From assembly GCA_002269645.1 (NCBI GenBank), contig NIVC01001208.1:62001-126000 (forward strand): 64,000 bases of DNA. The letters run 5' to 3'. Shown in pieces: positions 63,401 to 64,000 of the stretch; within the stretch, counting starts at the first letter, position 1, and every line of letters starts with the position of its first letter. Origin of the DNA: Macrostomum lignano. Its lineage: Eukaryota. Below the pieces are notes generated by a model. The model ran no database searches, was not told the DNA's origin, and saw only the letters and a program-made list of their open reading frames with translations. Position numbers and translations under genes: made by a program.

Positions 63401-64000
63401 CCAACGTCACAACGTCTTGACGTCACAATTGTTATGAGGTCACAACGTCAAGTAATTTCGAAACACTTGCTTGCACAAAATGATTTCGCTATTCTCGCTC
63501 ATTCGGTGTAATACGAGCTACTCGTATATTGATAGAACTATCCCGCTGGAAAATATTTAGCAGCGACGACAGGTTGATGACGAAAAGATGACAAGTCTTC
63601 GCTGTCCGTCATCCTGCCATCGCTCGTCACACTGTCGTTATCATTTGCCGTCTGGACCAATCAGAGGCCGCCAAGAAGCAGGCAGCATTGCGCCATACTT
63701 TGTTGACTTTAAGCAAGTAGCGCCGTGAGAGAATTTAGCACTTTTTAACGGACAGCATGTAAAACTTTGGTATTTTAAGAATGCTAGATAAATTTGGATA
63801 CAAATTAGACAGATATTATCATAATATTTACGGTTTAAACAGTAGAAACAGTCCGTTAACAAAATACATGTATTTCAGCCAGTATTGTAGCTAAAGCAGC
63901 CTAATGAATGATTCATGAAATACAGTAGAAAAGAGCAAAAAAACGACCAACAGCAAGCAGGATATATAAGTCGAAATTCGGGAAGCAATTAATATTTGTT

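Overview
Eukaryotic, repeat-rich animal genomic DNA. GC-rich exons, GT-AG introns and minisatellite-packed introns are reminiscent of a free-living flatworm such as Macrostomum, but the taxon is an inference only. Four host genes can be reconstructed by hand with consistent splice phases: (1) a solitary, intronless H3.3-type histone gene (19417-19827,+) with an AAVG motif at residues 87-90; (2) a 9-exon CLUH/clueless gene (27241-39132,+, ~1358 aa); (3) a 9-exon transmembrane LMTK/AATK-like kinase gene (49186-42226,-, ~478 aa) whose beta-3 lysine is replaced by Arg, a probable pseudokinase; (4) a 3-exon gene (54297-58205,+, ~1146 aa) fusing ~14 ankyrin repeats to a Mab-21/cGAS-like nucleotidyltransferase with intact catalytic residues and an unassigned C-terminal domain. 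This last gene is the best candidate for a novel immune-signalling system. The rest comprises a frameshifted piggyBac, an internally deleted Gypsy LTR element, a mariner relic, several MITEs with identifiable TIRs/TSDs, and many tandem arrays. All 8 CLUH introns carry a different minisatellite, and neighbouring introns share repeat cores. No rRNA, tRNA or CRISPR was found. All analysis is by eye; no searches were run.
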